A stretch of 64,000 nucleotides of DNA, taken from NCBI GenBank assembly GCA_013239625.1, contig MU053379.1, positions 1,108,974 through 1,172,973 of the forward strand. The letters run 5' to 3'. Below, piece after piece: positions 61,010 to 64,000 of this stretch. This DNA is from Lama guanicoe (taxonomy: Eukaryota). The position numbers and the translations under genes were made by a program. The first letter of the stretch is position 1, and the number at the start of each line of letters is the position of its first letter. The notes beneath the pieces are model-generated. The model had not been told where the DNA came from. It was given only the letters and a program-made list of their open reading frames with translations, and made no database searches.

Positions 61010-62970
61010 CACAGAAAATTACTTCTTCTAACCACAGTGAAGTAGAAGCCAGCAACAGAAAGAATCTTGGAAATCTGCAAATGTTTGGAAATTTAATAAC
61101 ATGTTTTTAAATAACTGATGGATCAAAGAAGAAATCACAAGGAAAATTAGAAAATATCTTGCAACTTAATTAAAATTAAAAAGAAGTATGTCAAAATTTA
61201 TAGCATGCCTCTAAACTAGTGCTTAGAGGGGAAAGCTTCTAGCGTTAAATGCTTACATTAGGAAAGAAGAAAGATCACAAATCGATTACATAAGATTACA
61301 CTTCAACCTAGAAGAAGAAGAGGGAATTAGACCCACAGTGAACAAAAGGAAGAAAATGGTAACGATCAGAGCAAAAACCAATGAAACAGAAAACAAAAAA
61401 TACAGAAACTGATGAAATACACAAAGCTGATGCTTTGGAAAAAATCAACAAAATTGATACATGTTTAGTTAAACTGACCAAGAAAAAAAAAGAGTGAAGA
61501 CATAGACTCTCAAAACCAGAATGAGAGGCTCCATCGTTACAAACCCTAGAGATATCAAAAGAATTACAAGGAAATATGATTCACAACTGTATGCCAAAGA
61601 GCAAGACAAGTTGGATGAAACAAATTCCTAGCAAGAAATTACCAAATCTGACTCACAAAGTAATATCAAATCTGATTAGATTAATATCAAGGAAAGACAT
61701 TGCATTAGTCATTTTAAATCTTTGCTCAAAGAAAAGACCAGGTCCAACTGGCTTCACTGGTAAAATCTATCCAACACTTAATGAAAAGGAGTGGGATAAT
61801 ACAGTCCTACACAAATTCTACCGAAAAATAGGAGAGCAAAGCACAATTTCCAATTCATTGAATGAGGCCAGTATTACCCTGACACCAAAGCTAGACAAAG
61901 ACATCACAAGCAAAGACTACAAATATCCCTCATGAACATAGATGTAAAAATATCCTTAATAAAATATTATCAAACCAAATCCAACAATATGGTGGTTTGA
62001 ACATTTTCCAGAGTTCCAACAGTTGATTCTGATAGCTTTTGCTCATTTTTTCAGCATTTCTCTGGAGAGACAGGCCTTTGTTGCTGTCTGCTCTGCCATT
62101 TCCACTGACGTCATTGCCCTTGGCTTCAACCTTGTGAGAGATCTTCATCCAAAGCCATCCAGCGAAGCCACTCCCAAACTCACGACCCACAGAAACTGTG
62201 AGATAATGTATTTAGTATTTTAAGCCAAGTTTTACAGTAATTTGCTACACTGCAATAGATAACTAATGCAAGATTATACCCCATGACCACGTGAGGTTTT
62301 TCCTAGGAATGCAAGGATGGTTTCACCTTTGAAAAGAAATTAATGTAAAACGTCATATCAATAGAATAAAGGAAAAAACATATAATCATCTCAGTAGGTG
62401 CAGCAAAAGCATTTAGCATTTGATAAAACCCATTCATTGAAAAAATAAAACAGAAAACAAAAACTCAACAAACTAGGGAAAAAACCTCAGCCTGATGCAG
62501 GGCATCTTTGGAAAGCCTATAGCTGACATCACACTTTACGGTGATAGACTGGCTGAGTTCCATGTAAGAGTACTAACATGGTAAAGACTTCCCTACTTAC
62601 CTCTTCTAGTAGAGGTTATACTGGAATTTCTAGCCAGTACAATAAATCAAGAAAAAGAAATTAAAGGCATATAATTAGGATGGAAGAAGTAAAACTACCT
62701 TATGTTGCAAATTACATGATCTTGTAGGTAGAAAATCCTAAGAAATCTACCCCAAAATGAGGATAATTAAGTTTAGCAAGATCTCGGGGCACAAGAATCA
62801 ATAAAGAAAAGTTCATAGTGTCTTTATATACTAGCAATGAATAATCCAAGAATGAACTTATGAAATAATTGCATTCACAATGGCATAAAAAGAGTAAAAT
62901 ACTTATGAAAAAAATTAGCAGAAGTACAGGGCTATTCTATTGAAAAACTACAAAACACCACTAGGAGAAA
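61010..62970 (+). mobile_element. L1 ORF2 fragment, interrupted at ~62000-62270 by other repeat pieces
   Basis: ORF 61576..61935 ...KKRPGPTGFTGKIYPTL...NEASITLTPKLDKDIT is L1 ORF2 upstream of the RT core. Confidence 0.85.
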
Positions 62971-63254
62971 TTCTATTTCTCAGGTGAGTTTCATGTAGGC
63001 AGAATATAGTTGTGTCTTGCTTCTTTATCCCGTCAGAGAATCTCTGTTCATTAAAGTTGGAAACTTAAGAGCATCTGTGTTTAATGTGATCGCCTATATC
63101 ACTTGGTTTAAATGTACCATCTTGATATTTTTTATTCCATCTGTTCAGTTTCCTCTTTTCCTTCTTTGGATTGAGTACTTTTATGAGTCCATTTTATCTC
63201 CTTTGTTGATTTGTTGTATCTGGTTTTTATCATTTGGTTTAGGGGGATGGCATA

Positions 63255-63466
63255 CAGTTGACTCTTGAACAACATGGGTTTGGACTTCATAGGTCCACTT
63301 ATACGCAGATTGTTTTCAATAAATATGTACTACAGTGCTACATAATCTGCAGCTGAAACCGTGGATATGGAACTATGAATACGGAGGGCCAACTATAAAG
63401 TTATATGCAGATTTTAAACTGTGCAGGGGTCAGCACCCAGATCCCATGTTGTCCAAGGGTCAACTG
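63255..63466. mobile_element. Tigger2-family MITE (MER8-like)
   Basis: TIRs cagttgactcttgaacaaca...tgttgtccaagggtcaactg; TA on the left side. Confidence 0.8.
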
Positions 63467-63849
63467 TCTATCTTTACCTGTAACAATCTACCCTTAAGTA
63501 ATACTACACCGTTGCATGTATAATATTAGAACCATAAAACTTCATACGTCCACTTCCTCCTCCCATCTTTGTGGTGATGTTTTCATGCCTTTGCTTGTTA
63601 ACTTTATTAAAACCACAGTACATTTTTATTATTTTTGCTCTAAGCAGTTCAATTTTTTCTTTTAAGGATATTAGAAATAAGGAAACTGTATTTCATATTT
63701 ACTTGATTAAGTACCATTTACTGTGTTTTTCATTCTTTTTGTAGATCCAGTTTTCATCTGATACATCTTTGTTTAAATATTCCTTACAGTACAAGGTCTG
63801 CTAGTGATTTCTTTCAGCTTTTGTATGCTGAGAAAGTATTTTGCCTTCA

Positions 63850-64000
63850 TTTTTTTTAATTAAAAACATGTTTACGATTTACCTCATTTTGCGGGGGGAG
63901 AGGTAGTTAGGTGTACTCATTTATTTTTAGAGCAGGTTCTGGGAATTGAACCCCGCACCTTGTGTATGCTGAGGATGCCTCTACCACTGAGCTATACCCC
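63850..64000 (-). mobile_element. Vic-1-type SINE, cut by the window edge
   Basis: Minus strand reads GGGGTATAGCTCAGTGGTAGAGG...GGTTCAATTCCCAG. Confidence 0.8.

Noticed and set aside
29100..64000. ZNF133 or another intact protein-coding gene downstream of KAT14
   Set aside because: No KRAB or C2H2 motifs and no intact spliced ORF were seen; the long ORFs (e.g. 57802..58482, 42109..42660) run through repeats or GC-rich sequence.
1..64000. Prokaryotic systems (CRISPR arrays, operons, defence islands)
   Set aside because: The sequence is mammalian, with spliceosomal introns and LINE/SINE/LTR repeats; there are no spaced direct-repeat arrays.

Overview
Mammalian genomic DNA, very likely a camelid (camel, alpaca or vicuna), judged from five tRNA-Ala-derived Vic-1-type SINEs. 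Positions ~935-29050 hold the last nine coding exons and 3' UTR of KAT14 (CSRP2BP/ATAC2, the GNAT acetyltransferase subunit of the ATAC complex) on the + strand. The reading frame is intact, all introns are GT-AG with matching phases, and the first coding exon lies upstream of the window. Introns and the downstream region are rich in repeats: L1 fragments (nested copies and one 5'-inverted copy with a 16-bp TSD), a near full-length Tigger1 with both TIRs and TA TSDs, MaLR/ERV LTRs, MITEs and SINEs. The most interesting observation is a chain of about nine exon-like segments on the minus strand (~59090 to 45043), lying in the non-repeat islands and mostly bounded by canonical splice signals. 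With stops and frameshifts, they translate into fragments that resemble by eye a PH domain, a long low-complexity linker and a PLEKHS1-type C-terminal domain. This is a candidate decayed unprocessed pseudogene of a PLEKHS1/GAB-like adaptor, tail-to-tail with KAT14. It is an inference and needs a homology search. Repeat subfamily names and protein comparisons are from memory, not from database runs.
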